64,000 nt of DNA from Mycoplasmatales bacterium (GTDB lineage Bacteria; Bacillota_I; Bacilli_A; Mycoplasmatales; JABAAY01): assembly GCA_014238225.1 (NCBI GenBank), contig JABABL010000002.1, positions 17,664 through 81,663 on the forward strand, read 5' to 3'. Positions 1 through 9,106 of the stretch are shown in pieces. Numbering within the stretch: position 1 is the stretch's first letter; every line of letters begins with the position of its first letter. Position numbers and translations under genes: made by a program. A model generated the notes under the pieces. The model searched no databases. It was given only the letters and a program-made list of their open reading frames with translations, and was not told where the DNA came from.

Positions 1-274
1 CAATTTTTGTTTTTACAGCATACTTGTTTAAATTAGTTGTTTTAATAACAAGAATATTATCTCTGTTTAAACTGTGAAATCCACGTTTAGGAATTCTTCT
101 GAACAAAGGTGTTTGTCCCCCTTCAAATCCAGGACGAGTTCCGCCACCAGATCTAGAGTTCTGCCCCTTCATTCCTTTACCGGATGTTTTTCCCCAACCA
201 GAAGAGGTTCCTCTTCCAATTCTCTTTTTTCTGTGTCTTGCACCCGGAGCAGGTTGGAGATTATTTAGTTTCAT
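1..274 (-). CDS. rplO: 50S ribosomal protein L15 (N-terminal part; 3' end outside window)
   Basis: Minus-strand translation from ATG at 274 gives [66 protein letters not shown], a canonical L15 N-terminus. It directly follows rpsE with a 14-nt overlap, so no rpmD (L30) lies between them. Confidence 0.9.
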   Translation of the reverse strand, partial: MKLNNLQPAPGARHRKKRIGRGTSSGWGKTSGKGMKGQNSRSGGGTRPGFEGGQTPLFRRIPKRGFHSLNRDNILVIKTTNLNKYAVKTKI

Positions 275-1016
275 TTTTTATTCTTTTCTGCATTCTTGCT
301 TCTGCCATTTCTGCACGTTCCTCTTTAGATATTATTTTACTATTTCTCTCTTCAATTGTCATTAATTTTGACAATGCTTTGATTGTAGCAGCAACAACAT
401 TAATTGGATTATTGCTACCTAGTGATTTAGCATACACATCGGTTATTCCTGCTAACTCTAGCACGGACCTTGCTGTTCCACCAGCAATAATTCCAGTACC
501 CGCTTTTGCAGGTTTTAATAAAATAATAGAAGCTCCGTATTTAGCTTGTACAACATGTGGAATGGTACAACCTTTAAAAATAGGAACTTGAATAGTGTTT
601 TTGTTAGCTTTCTTGAATGCTTTTTTTATAGCTGCTGGAATTTCAGTTGCTTTTCCATTATAAAAACCAACTTTCCCTTTTTTATCTCCAACTACAACTA
701 AGGAAGTAAAACGAAAATTTCTTCCACCCTTGACAACTTTAACAACACGGTTAATTTTTATAACTTTTTCTGTCATGTCGCTGCGAGGACGTTCAAATCT
801 TCTACCACCCTGTGGACGTTCACGACGTGATCTAGGATTTTTATCCTCTCTATCGTTCTCCTTAGGCATAGGTGCGCCTGTTCCACTAGAACCTGTGTTA
901 CGTGTACCGGCATCATCGTTTGATGTAGGTTGATTCATTGTTTTTGCCGCTTCTTTTTCTATTTGTTTATCCAAAATTTGTTCTTTTTGTAGATTTTTAT
1001 TTTCAGTATTAGACAT
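261..1016 (-). CDS. rpsE: 30S ribosomal protein S5 with ~80-aa N-terminal low-complexity extension
   Basis: 251-aa ORF. The core '[50 protein letters not shown]...[19 protein letters not shown]' is canonical S5. It lies between rplR and rplO. Confidence 0.93.
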   Translation of the reverse strand: MSNTENKNLQKEQILDKQIEKEAAKTMNQPTSNDDAGTRNTGSSGTGAPMPKENDREDKNPRSRRERPQGGRRFERPRSDMTEKVIKINRVVKVVKGGRNFRFTSLVVVGDKKGKVGFYNGKATEIPAAIKKAFKKANKNTIQVPIFKGCTIPHVVQAKYGASIILLKPAKAGTGIIAGGTARSVLELAGITDVYAKSLGSNNPINVVAATIKALSKLMTIEERNSKIISKEERAEMAEARMQKRIKNETK

Positions 1017-1366
1017 TAAAACACTATCCCTTCTTTTCTAACAGCGTCCGCAAGGGCTTTAATTCTTCCGTGATATAGGAATCCGCCTCTGTCAAAAACT
1101 ATTGTCTTAATTTTTTTTGTCTTGCATTTTTTCCCAATGTCTGACCCAACTTTTATTGAAGCAGCAATGTTGGAACCATTTGGAATTTTCAGTTGCAAGG
1201 AAGAAGAACTAACTAAAGTTGTTTTTTTGTCATCGTTAATAACTTGCACAAAAATATTTTTATTACTACGAAAAACAGCTAGTCTTGGACGTTCTTGTGT
1301 TCCGTGAATTTTCTTCCTAATAATTTTATGTCTTTTTACTCTAAGGAGTGTTTTTTTATCTGTCAT
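1016..1366 (-). CDS. rplR: 50S ribosomal protein L18
   Basis: 116 aa. '...[21 protein letters not shown]...[26 protein letters not shown]' matches L18. TAATG overlap with rpsE. Confidence 0.93.
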   Translation of the reverse strand: MTDKKTLLRVKRHKIIRKKIHGTQERPRLAVFRSNKNIFVQVINDDKKTTLVSSSSLQLKIPNGSNIAASIKVGSDIGKKCKTKKIKTIVFDRGGFLYHGRIKALADAVRKEGIVF

Positions 1367-1908
1367 TACTTACCTGCAGACTTTCCGGCTTTTCTACGTA
1401 CATGTTGTCCTTTGTACATAACACCTTTGCCTTTATAAGGTTCAACTGGTCTTATTTTTTTAATTTTAGAAGCAAATGCTCCAACTTGTTGTTTGTGACA
1501 GCCTGAAATTTCAATAACGGTTGGTTTTGGAACTTTAAGACTTATTCCTTCTGGAATGTCCAGAATAACAGGATGAGAAAACCCTAAGCTTAAATTTAGT
1601 TTTCCTCCATTTAAATTGCATCTATAACCAACACCATTAATAATTAAATGTTTTTCAAATCCTTTTGTTACACCATCAATCATATTTTTGATTAAAGAGT
1701 TGACTGTTCCGTGTAGCTGTTTATCTTGTTTTTCTTCAGAAGAACGCAGAGTTGTGACAACATTGTTGTTAATCACAATTTTAATTCTGGAATTAAATTT
1801 TTCTATTAATGTTCCGTTGGGACCTTTAACCTGAATTTCATTTCCTGGATTTTGAGTGACTTGTACAGTTTCAGGAAAAACTAATGCTCTATTACCAATT
1901 CTTGACAT
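1366..1908 (-). CDS. rplF: 50S ribosomal protein L6
   Basis: ATG at 1908 (MSRIGNRALVFPE...), 180 aa. '...GVGYRCNLNGGKLNLSLGFSHPV...PYKGKGVMYKGQHVRRKAGKS' matches L6. The ORF-track start at 1914 is an upstream TTG. Confidence 0.9.
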   Translation of the reverse strand: MSRIGNRALVFPETVQVTQNPGNEIQVKGPNGTLIEKFNSRIKIVINNNVVTTLRSSEEKQDKQLHGTVNSLIKNMIDGVTKGFEKHLIINGVGYRCNLNGGKLNLSLGFSHPVILDIPEGISLKVPKPTVIEISGCHKQQVGAFASKIKKIRPVEPYKGKGVMYKGQHVRRKAGKSAGK

Positions 1909-2312
1909 TATCAAACAAAAGCTATAACTTCACCGCCAAGGTTTTTGGATCTAGCTTTTTCTCCTTCCATTATTCCTTCCGATGTAGAAAGAATAACTCT
2001 TCCTAAACCATTTAAAACACGAGGTATATCATCAACTTTTGAATAAATTCTAAGGCCTGGTTTTGAAATTCTTTTCAGTCCAGAAATAACTCTAGACTGT
2101 CCGTCATTTCTGTAAACCAAGTAAATGAAAAGTTGTTGTTTTGGACTGTCCTTAATAACTTTTACCTTGTAACCTCCGATATATCCTTCTTCATATAAAA
2201 TTTTTGCAATTTTCTTTAAAAGAATGGAGGAATCCATCGTGGTGTAATTTTTAAATTGTTGATTAGCGTTTCTTATACGCGTAAGCATATCGCTTATTGA
2301 ATCTATAACCAT
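1908..2312 (-). CDS. rpsH: 30S ribosomal protein S8
   Basis: ATG at 2312 is preceded by GGAG. 'MVIDSISDMLTRIRNA...' matches S8. The terminal Trp is TGA (1911-1913), followed by TAA at 1908-1910. 134 aa. Confidence 0.9.
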
Positions 2313-2323
2313 AACTTCTCCTA

Positions 2324-2506
2324 TCAACTTGCCTTTCTAACTCCAGGTAATTCGCCTTTGTATGCCATTTCACGAAAGCATATACGACAAATCATATATT
2401 TTCTAATAATTGCACGTGGCCTTCCACATCTCTGACATCGGTTGTAGGCTCTTACTTTAAACTTAAAATGTCTATTTGCTTTTACTTTTAATGATTTTTT
2501 AGCCAT
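2324..2506 (-). CDS. rpsN: 30S ribosomal protein S14, zinc-ribbon (type Z) form
   Basis: 60 aa with CxxC...CxxC: '[23 protein letters not shown]'. Confidence 0.92.
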   Translation of the reverse strand: MAKKSLKVKANRHFKFKVRAYNRCQRCGRPRAIIRKYMICRICFREMAYKGELPGVRKAS

Positions 2507-3056
2507 GTTCTTCCTTTGTCTTTTTTAGTGGAGCACCTAATTGAATTAGGAGTTCTCTTGCTTGTTTTATATTGGTTGTGTCAGTAACGATAGTGACATC
2601 CATTCCACGATTAACAGATATTTTGTCGTAATCAATTTCTGGAAAAATCATGTGTTCTTTAACACCAAAACTATAGTTACCGCTGCTATCAAAAGAATTG
2701 CTACTTAACCCTCTAAAGTCTCTAACACCGGGTAAACAAACATTAAATAATTTTTCTAAAAATATATACATTTTATCGCCACGCAAGGTAACCTTTGTAG
2801 CAATAGGCATGTTATCCCTTATTTTAAATGCAGCAACAGATTTTTTAACGCGAGTAACAACCGCTTTTTGTCCTGCTAGAAGAGTCAATTCGTTAATTGC
2901 TTCATCAATTCTTTTGGAATTAGTAATAGCATCTTTCATTCCCATGTTAATGGATACCTTAACCACCTTAGGCACAGCCATAATGGAACTTAATTTAAAC
3001 TTTTTTTGTAAACGTGTTCTAATTTGTTCGTTATACTTTTTTCTTAATTCACTCAT
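2499..3056 (-). CDS. rplE: 50S ribosomal protein L5
   Basis: 185 aa. '[16 protein letters not shown]...', '[15 protein letters not shown]', '[15 protein letters not shown]' match L5. Confidence 0.93.
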   Translation of the reverse strand: MSELRKKYNEQIRTRLQKKFKLSSIMAVPKVVKVSINMGMKDAITNSKRIDEAINELTLLAGQKAVVTRVKKSVAAFKIRDNMPIATKVTLRGDKMYIFLEKLFNVCLPGVRDFRGLSSNSFDSSGNYSFGVKEHMIFPEIDYDKISVNRGMDVTIVTDTTNIKQARELLIQLGAPLKKTKEEHG

Positions 3057-3058
3057 TA

Positions 3059-3373
3059 TTAACCTTTATCAATAAACGTTCCGCTTTTAATTGCAAAACG
3101 AAATTTCTTTTTTCCTTTATATTTTAGCCCGATTCTTGTTACCATCTTTTTGTTTTTGGGATCTATTAACATAACGTTTGATTTATGAATAGTTCCCTCT
3201 TCCTTAACAATTCCACCTTGTGGTTTTTCTTGTGTGGGTTTAATGTGTTTAGTAATAACATTGATACCCTCAACAATAACTCGTTCAGTCTTAGGAAAAT
3301 ATTTTTTAACAACACCTTCTTGTTTTTTGCCTTTTCCGGCTATTACTCTTACTTTATCTCCGACTTTAAACAT
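3059..3373 (-). CDS. rplX: 50S ribosomal protein L24
   Basis: 104 aa with the KOW motif 'FKVGDKVRVIAGKGKKQEGVVKK'. Operon position between L14 and L5. Confidence 0.92.
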   Translation of the reverse strand: MFKVGDKVRVIAGKGKKQEGVVKKYFPKTERVIVEGINVITKHIKPTQEKPQGGIVKEEGTIHKSNVMLIDPKNKKMVTRIGLKYKGKKKFRFAIKSGTFIDKG

Positions 3374-3741
3374 TATAAAACCTCTTGCGCTAAAGAAATA
3401 ATTTTAGCGTATCCTCTTTCTCTTAACTCACGAGCTATCGGTCCAAAAATCCTAGTGCCCCTAGGGTTTTTATCATCATTTATCAAAACTGCAGCATTAT
3501 CGTCAAATCTTAGTTTTGTTCCGTCTTTTCTTGTTATACCTTTCTTGGTTCTAACAATCACGGCTTTTATAATATCGCCTTTTTTAACATTTGCATGTGG
3601 AATAGCTTTTTTAATTGTTGCAACAACTTGATCACCAATTGAGGAAAATTTACGGTGACTACCGCCTAAATTACGAATAATAAGTATTTCTCTTGCGCCG
3701 CTATTGTCAGCTATTTTTACTCTAGATTCTTGTTGAAGCAT
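3373..3741 (-). CDS. rplN: 50S ribosomal protein L14
   Basis: 122 aa. '[28 protein letters not shown]...[26 protein letters not shown]' matches L14. Confidence 0.95.
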   Translation of the reverse strand: MLQQESRVKIADNSGAREILIIRNLGGSHRKFSSIGDQVVATIKKAIPHANVKKGDIIKAVIVRTKKGITRKDGTKLRFDDNAAVLINDDKNPRGTRIFGPIARELRERGYAKIISLAQEVL

Positions 3742-4037
3742 TAGACTTTTCCCTTTCTTTCAAGAATTTTAACTAAACGACAATGTTTTTTCTTGGACTG
3801 CTGTCTTGTTTCTTCAATTGAAACTAGGTCACCTATTCTTGCTCTATTTTCTTCATCATGTGCGTGATATTTTTTACTAGACAAGTAAGCTTTTCCATAT
3901 AGTTTGTGTTTTTTGTAAGTGCTTACAAGAACAACAATGGTTTTATCATTTTTGTCACTAACAACTGTTCCTTTGTAACTTCTTCTTCCTTTGGTTGAAA
4001 TTATTTCTTCTGTTTTGATTGGGTTCTTAGCAGCCAT
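3741..4037 (-). CDS. rpsQ: 30S ribosomal protein S17
   Basis: 98 aa. '[58 protein letters not shown]' matches S17. Confidence 0.92.
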   Translation of the reverse strand: MAAKNPIKTEEIISTKGRRSYKGTVVSDKNDKTIVVLVSTYKKHKLYGKAYLSSKKYHAHDEENRARIGDLVSIEETRQQSKKKHCRLVKILERKGKV

Positions 4038-4615
4038 TATTTACTCTCTTTTACAACTGGTTTTTTTGTTGTTGTTTTTTTAGCAACAGGTTTCACTGTA
4101 GTGGTTTTTTTAACAACAGGTTTTACAACATTTTTTTTAGCAGTTTCTTTTGGTTTGGACACAACTTCTTTAGCTTTTTTACTAGAAGAACCGCTACTTT
4201 CCTTAACAACTGTAGCTCTGGTTGCACTTCTTTTAATTTCGGTTAATTGTTTAGGTTTGCTTGTGGTCTTTTCTTTGGAGTCGGCGGCTTTCGCTTTGTT
4301 CATGCCTTCTTCTAGAGCCTTCATCATTGATTCTTGTTTTTCTTTTTCTAGATCTTGACGTTTTTTCTCAGCAGCCTGTATCTTTTCTAGTGAAGGAGGT
4401 TGAAATTTAAGATCAATTTTTTCACCATTTTTTTCTCTAATTTTTAAAATAGTCAATATTCTAGCAATATCTTTTCTCAATAATTTAAATCTGTGTGGGC
4501 TATCTAATTTACCAGTAACAGATTGAAATCTAATGGCGAATAACTGTAATTTTAGTTCATGAACTAATTTAACAAGTTCCTTTGTTGTTTTTTCATGTAT
4601 TTCATTAACTAACAT
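4037..4615 (-). CDS. rpmC: 50S ribosomal protein L29 with ~125-aa C-terminal K/E/T/V-rich tail
   Basis: 192 aa. The first ~65 aa are L29-like ('[45 protein letters not shown]'). The rest is low complexity and ends '[33 protein letters not shown]'. Confidence 0.88.
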   Translation of the reverse strand: MLVNEIHEKTTKELVKLVHELKLQLFAIRFQSVTGKLDSPHRFKLLRKDIARILTILKIREKNGEKIDLKFQPPSLEKIQAAEKKRQDLEKEKQESMMKALEEGMNKAKAADSKEKTTSKPKQLTEIKRSATRATVVKESSGSSSKKAKEVVSKPKETAKKNVVKPVVKKTTTVKPVAKKTTTKKPVVKESK

Positions 4616-5028
4616 TATTTGTCCTCCTTTGAAATGATTTTTGTTTTAATGGGTAGTTTGTGGCTAGCAAGTCTTAACGCTTCGAATGCAACCTCTCTTG
4701 AAACTTCATCAATTTCAAACATTATGGTTCCTTTTTTCACAACTGCTACTCAAAATTCAGGAGATCCTTTTCCGCTTCCCATTCTTACTTCTAAAGGTTT
4801 TCTTGTCATAGACATTTGTGGAAAAATTCTAATTCAGATTTTCCCGCCTCTTTTCATGTAACGTGTCATTGCAATTCTTGCAGCTTCAAGTTGTCTTTCC
4901 GTAATTCATGTTCCTTCTAGAGCACGTAAAGCATATTTACCAAAGTCAATATTAACAGCCCCTTTTGCCTTACCTTCGTAAGATACTCTGTGAGGACGTC
5001 TATATTTAGTTCTCTTGGGTTGGAACAT
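4615..5028 (-). CDS. rplP: 50S ribosomal protein L16
   Basis: Joined across three in-frame TGA codons: [23 protein letters not shown]...[11 protein letters not shown].... 137 aa. The start overlaps the rpsC 3' end by 23 nt. Confidence 0.9.
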
Positions 5029-5707
5029 GCCTTCTCCTTCTTCTGTTTGGAGGTCTTCTAGTGTTACGGTTTCCGTAATTTCCGTGACTAATTCATACTT
5101 TTACACCGATTTGGCCGTATGTGGTCTTTGCAGTAGCAGTCGCATAATCTATGCGGCTTTTTAAAGTGTGTAATGGAACAGAACCTTCGGAATATCCTTC
5201 GCTTCTAGCAATATCAGCACCACCCAATCTGCCTGCAACCAATGTTTTTACGCCTTTAGCTCCGTTACCCATTGCTTCTCTAATTGCTTTTTTTTGAACA
5301 ATTCTGAAAGGCATTCTATTTTCGATTGAGTAAGCTATTTTATTAGCAAGTAGTTGAGCATTAGCAATACTTGTATCGATAGGAACAACTGAAAATTTAA
5401 TTTTTAGTTTTCTATTGCCAAGAGTTCTTCTGATGTGATAAAGAAGTTTTTCAATATTTTTACCCTCACGACCTAAAACTTCACCTTCTTGAGATGTTCT
5501 TATTTCTACATTAAGTCCGTTAACAGTTCTTTTGATTATGACTTCACTAATGTTCATGGTAGGAAGTCTTTTCATAACTTCTCTTCTTATAACAATGTCT
5601 TCTTTTAGTCATTTAGCATAATCACCTTTGGTTTTTGGAAATCACTGAGACCTTCATGTCCTGTTAATTCCTAATCTTAGTGCTTCTGGATTAACTTTTT
5701 GTCCCAT
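5006..5707 (-). CDS. rpsC: 30S ribosomal protein S3
   Basis: Joined across TGA codons: [18 protein letters not shown]...'[41 protein letters not shown]'. 233 aa with an Arg-rich C-terminal tail. Confidence 0.9.
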
Positions 5708-6045
5708 TATTCCTTCTCCGCAACTTTCAACAATATATGTGAAGTTCTTTTATTTATTGGAAATGCTCTTCCTTGAGCACGTGGTCTGAATCTTTTCAAT
5801 GTTGGTCCTTCATTAGCAATTGCTTCCTTTATGAAGAGGCTTTCTCCATTCATAGAATGGTTGTTAACAGCATTAGTAATTGCAGAATGTAATAAATCCA
5901 ACACTATTGTTTTTGACTTTTTATTAATACTTTCAAGAATAGATATTGCTTCTGCAACTTTCTTACCACGGACTAAATCCAAGACTAATCTTACTTTACG
6001 AGGGCTAATTCTAACTGTACGAACCCTAGCAATAGCTTCCTTCAT
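5707..6045 (-). CDS. rplV: 50S ribosomal protein L22
   Basis: 112 aa. '[29 protein letters not shown]...[20 protein letters not shown]' matches L22. Confidence 0.93.
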   Translation of the reverse strand: MKEAIARVRTVRISPRKVRLVLDLVRGKKVAEAISILESINKKSKTIVLDLLHSAITNAVNNHSMNGESLFIKEAIANEGPTLKRFRPRAQGRAFPINKRTSHILLKVAEKE

Positions 6046-6047
6046 TA

Positions 6048-6317
6048 TTAACCTTTCCTGCCTTTTCCATGCCCTGTATATTTCCTTGTTGGAGAAAATT
6101 CACCAAGCTTATGCCCTATCATGTCTTCGGTAACAAATACTGGAATATGTTCTCTTCCATTATGTACACCAAAAGTGTGACCAATGAACTCAGGAAAAAT
6201 AGTGCTTCTGCGTGATCATGTTTTAATGATTGACTTTTTACCTTCTAAATTTTGCTTCTCAACTTTTTTTAATAAGTGATCAGCTACATATGGTCCCTTT
6301 TTAACACTTCTTGCCAT
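6048..6317 (-). CDS. rpsS: 30S ribosomal protein S19
   Basis: [19 protein letters not shown]...[18 protein letters not shown], with one internal TGA-Trp. 89 aa. Confidence 0.92.
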
Positions 6318-7159
6318 TATTTGCTTTTCCTTCTTCTAATAATTAATTTTGTAGATTGTTTTTTATTGTTTCTAGTCTTTACACCCAGAGCTTTTTTTCC
6401 TCATGGAGTTAAAGGTGCTGCTCTACCAATAGGTGATTTTCCTTCACCACCACCGTGAGGGTGGTCATTAGGGTTCATAACAGAACCTCTAACAGTTGGT
6501 CTTATTCCTTTTCATCTATTTCTACCAGCTTTTCCAAGCTTAACTAAGTTGTGTTCGGAATTGCCAACAGTACCTATTGTAGCTCTACACTTAGCCAAAA
6601 TTTTTCTGGTTTCACCGCTAGAAAGACGAATAATTACGTACTTGCCTATTTCATCTTTTCCCAGTACTTGTGCGCTTGTTCCAGCACTTCTGCATAACTG
6701 AGCTCCCTTGCCAGGGCTCATTTCTATATTGTGTACAAAGGTACCTTCAATAATGTTTTCTAGAATCAAACAATTTCCATTTTTGATAGGCACGTTGTTA
6801 CCACTAATAATTTTTTGCCCAATGTGAGCTTCGGATGTAGCAAGAATATATCTCTTTTCGCCATCTTCGTAATTTACTAGACAAATGTTGCATGTACGAT
6901 TGGGATCGTATTCCAATGTGGCAATTCTTCCATATATATTATCTTTGTTTCTTTTAAAGTCAATGACCCTGTATTTTCTTCTTGAACCACCGCCACGATG
7001 TCTAATAGTGATTTTGCCTTGGTTGTTTCTACCAGCATTTTTCTTTTTGGTTTTCAACAGAGATTTTTCAGGATTCTTAGTTGTCAAATAGTTCGTTAAA
7101 TCTAAAAGAACAGTATTTCGTTGTGCATTTGTATTTGGTTTAAATCTTTTTAGCGCCAT
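6317..7159 (-). CDS. rplB: 50S ribosomal protein L2
   Basis: 280 aa across TGA codons. '[15 protein letters not shown]', '[17 protein letters not shown]', '[16 protein letters not shown]' match L2. Confidence 0.94.
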
Positions 7160-7812
7160 TATTTTGTGTTCTCTTTCGTTTTGTTCAATAGTTTGTTTTG
7201 AACTTCCATTACGGATTCTTTATCAATAACAATATAATCAGCGTGCATTATTTGAATAATGTTACATTGATTTATTTCTTCATACTCTATTAATGGTACA
7301 TTGCCAGTTGCCAAGCTTAAGACAGGATTAAATTTTTTGGAAAGGATAAGAATTTTTTTATCTGAGTACCCTAGATTTTTAACAACTGCAACAATTCTTC
7401 TAGTTTTTGGTTCTGCAATTTTCATTTTGTCTACTACAATTAATGCGTTTTCTTTACATTTTTGGCTAAATACTGATCGGTATCCTAAATTTCAAACTTT
7501 CTTGTTTAATTTTACTTGATAGTTTTTTTCCGTTGTTGGTCCAAATACTACACCACCAGTACGTCACTGTGGTGATCTTATGGAACCATGACGAGCTCTT
7601 CCTGTACCTTTTTGTTTTCAAGGTTTTCTTCCGCCACCAGCTACTTCGTCTTTTGTTTTAACTTTGTGGGTTCCTTGCGTAGCCATTCTTCTTGTTGCTG
7701 TTACAACATCAAAAATAACTGGGTTATTAGGCTCAATACCAAAAACAGAACTATCCAAGGTTATTTTTTCTTTTTTTTCACCTTTTAAATTAAAGACAGG
7801 AATGTTAACCAT
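7159..7812 (-). CDS. rplD: 50S ribosomal protein L4
   Basis: 217 aa joined across three TGA codons that I traced codon by codon: '[13 protein letters not shown]...[35 protein letters not shown]'. Its TAA overlaps the rplB ATG, so no rplW lies between L4 and L2. Confidence 0.92.
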
Positions 7813-8681
7813 TATTGTTTACTACTTTCTTTGTCTTCATTTTCTATGGACTCATCGTTCTTTTCTTTTGATTCACTGGCATCGCTGTTGCTTTTAGTAT
7901 TTTCTCTTTCTCTTTGGGAGCGGACTTCATTAATTATTGCTTCCATTTCTTCAACAGAGGAATCGGTTGTGACACTTGCTCCTCATTTTTTAGCTTCTTC
8001 AAGTAATTGGTTTTTCAATTCTATTTCTTTTAAGTTGACTATTTTTATAATTTCTTTTGCTTTTGTTTTCTTTTTGGAAGAAATAATTTTAACTAAGGAC
8101 TTATTTGGGCCTGGTATTGCTCCTTTAACCATTAAAACTTCATAGTTTTTGTCAATCATAATCACAACTAAATTTTCAGATGTTGCAGTTCCGCCACCCA
8201 TCTGACCGGGAAGTTTTTTTCCTGGCATAACTCTATTTGGAGAAATTGGACCCATGGATCCGGGACGTCGGTGATATCTAGAACCATGACTCATAGGTCC
8301 TCTAGATTGATTATGTCTTTTAATCGATCCTGCAAACCCTTTTCCCTTGCTTACACCTTGAACACTGACAATGTCGCCCGGTTCAAAAATGTCCACGCCT
8401 AAATTGTCGCCAACACTTGTGTTTTCCAACCTCATATTTCTTATTTCTCTGATTGTTTTATAGGATTTTAAGTTATTTTTTGTGAAATATCCTTTTTGAG
8501 GTTTATTTAGTTTTTCAGTGGGTTCAATTGCTAGTTTATAACTATTGTATCCGTGTTTTTTTTCAGTTTTAATTTCGCAAACATGGTTAGGTGGTAAATG
8601 AATTATAGAAACCGGAATAGAATGACCTTTATCACTAAAAATTTGTGTCATTCCTATTTTTCTTCCTATTAAACCTTTCAT
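7812..8681 (-). CDS. rplC: 50S ribosomal protein L3 with acidic C-terminal extension
   Basis: Start 'MKGLIGRKIGMTQIF' at 8681. 'SVQGVSKGKGFAGSIKRHNQSRGPMSHGSRYHRRPGSMG' matches L3. It reads through TGA at 7983-7985 into an E/S/D-rich tail and ends at TAA 7812-7814, overlapping the rplD ATG. 289 aa. Confidence 0.9.
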
Positions 8682-8685
8682 ATCT

Positions 8686-8994
8686 CTACAACTTAATTTC
8701 GATGTTAACGCCTGATGGTAAAGCCATTCTTTGTAAAACATCCATAGTGTCCCTATTAAAATTTCAAATTTCTATTAATCTTTTGTGTGTTCTTAATTCA
8801 AACTGTTCTCTAGAATCTTTGTATTTATGCACAGCTCTTAGAATAGTAAAAATTTCCTTCTTTGTTGGAAGTGGAATTGGACCAACAATATTAGCACCTG
8901 TACCTTTTGCAACTTCGATTATATTCACAACTGATTTGTCCAACATGCGATAGTCATAGGACTGTATTTTGATTCTTATTCTTTTCTTTTTCAT
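8686..8994 (-). CDS. rpsJ: 30S ribosomal protein S10
   Basis: 102 aa across TGA 8764-8766. '[17 protein letters not shown]...[40 protein letters not shown]...[11 protein letters not shown]' matches S10. Confidence 0.93.
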
Positions 8995-9106
8995 ACTACT
9001 GTTCTCTGTGTGCTCTTTTACTAGAGTATAATATATAATAGCAAAAAAAAGAAAAATTAAGCATTAAATAGAAACTTTATGTAAGTTTTGCGAACGTCTT
9101 TATCAT

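Noticed and set aside
184-591. Long plus-strand ORFs opposite conserved minus-strand genes, e.g. 184-591, 2698-3075, 3185-3631, 7831-8145, 11650-12033, 31698-32186, 34743-35228, 45850-46224, 53963-54391 and 57207-57533
   Set aside because: Each lies entirely antisense to a gene with unmistakable conserved motifs (ribosomal proteins, EF-Tu, OppB, GdpP and others). Their translations are low-complexity F/L/S-rich shadows of K/E-rich coding sequence. None has a ribosome-binding site or recognisable motif.
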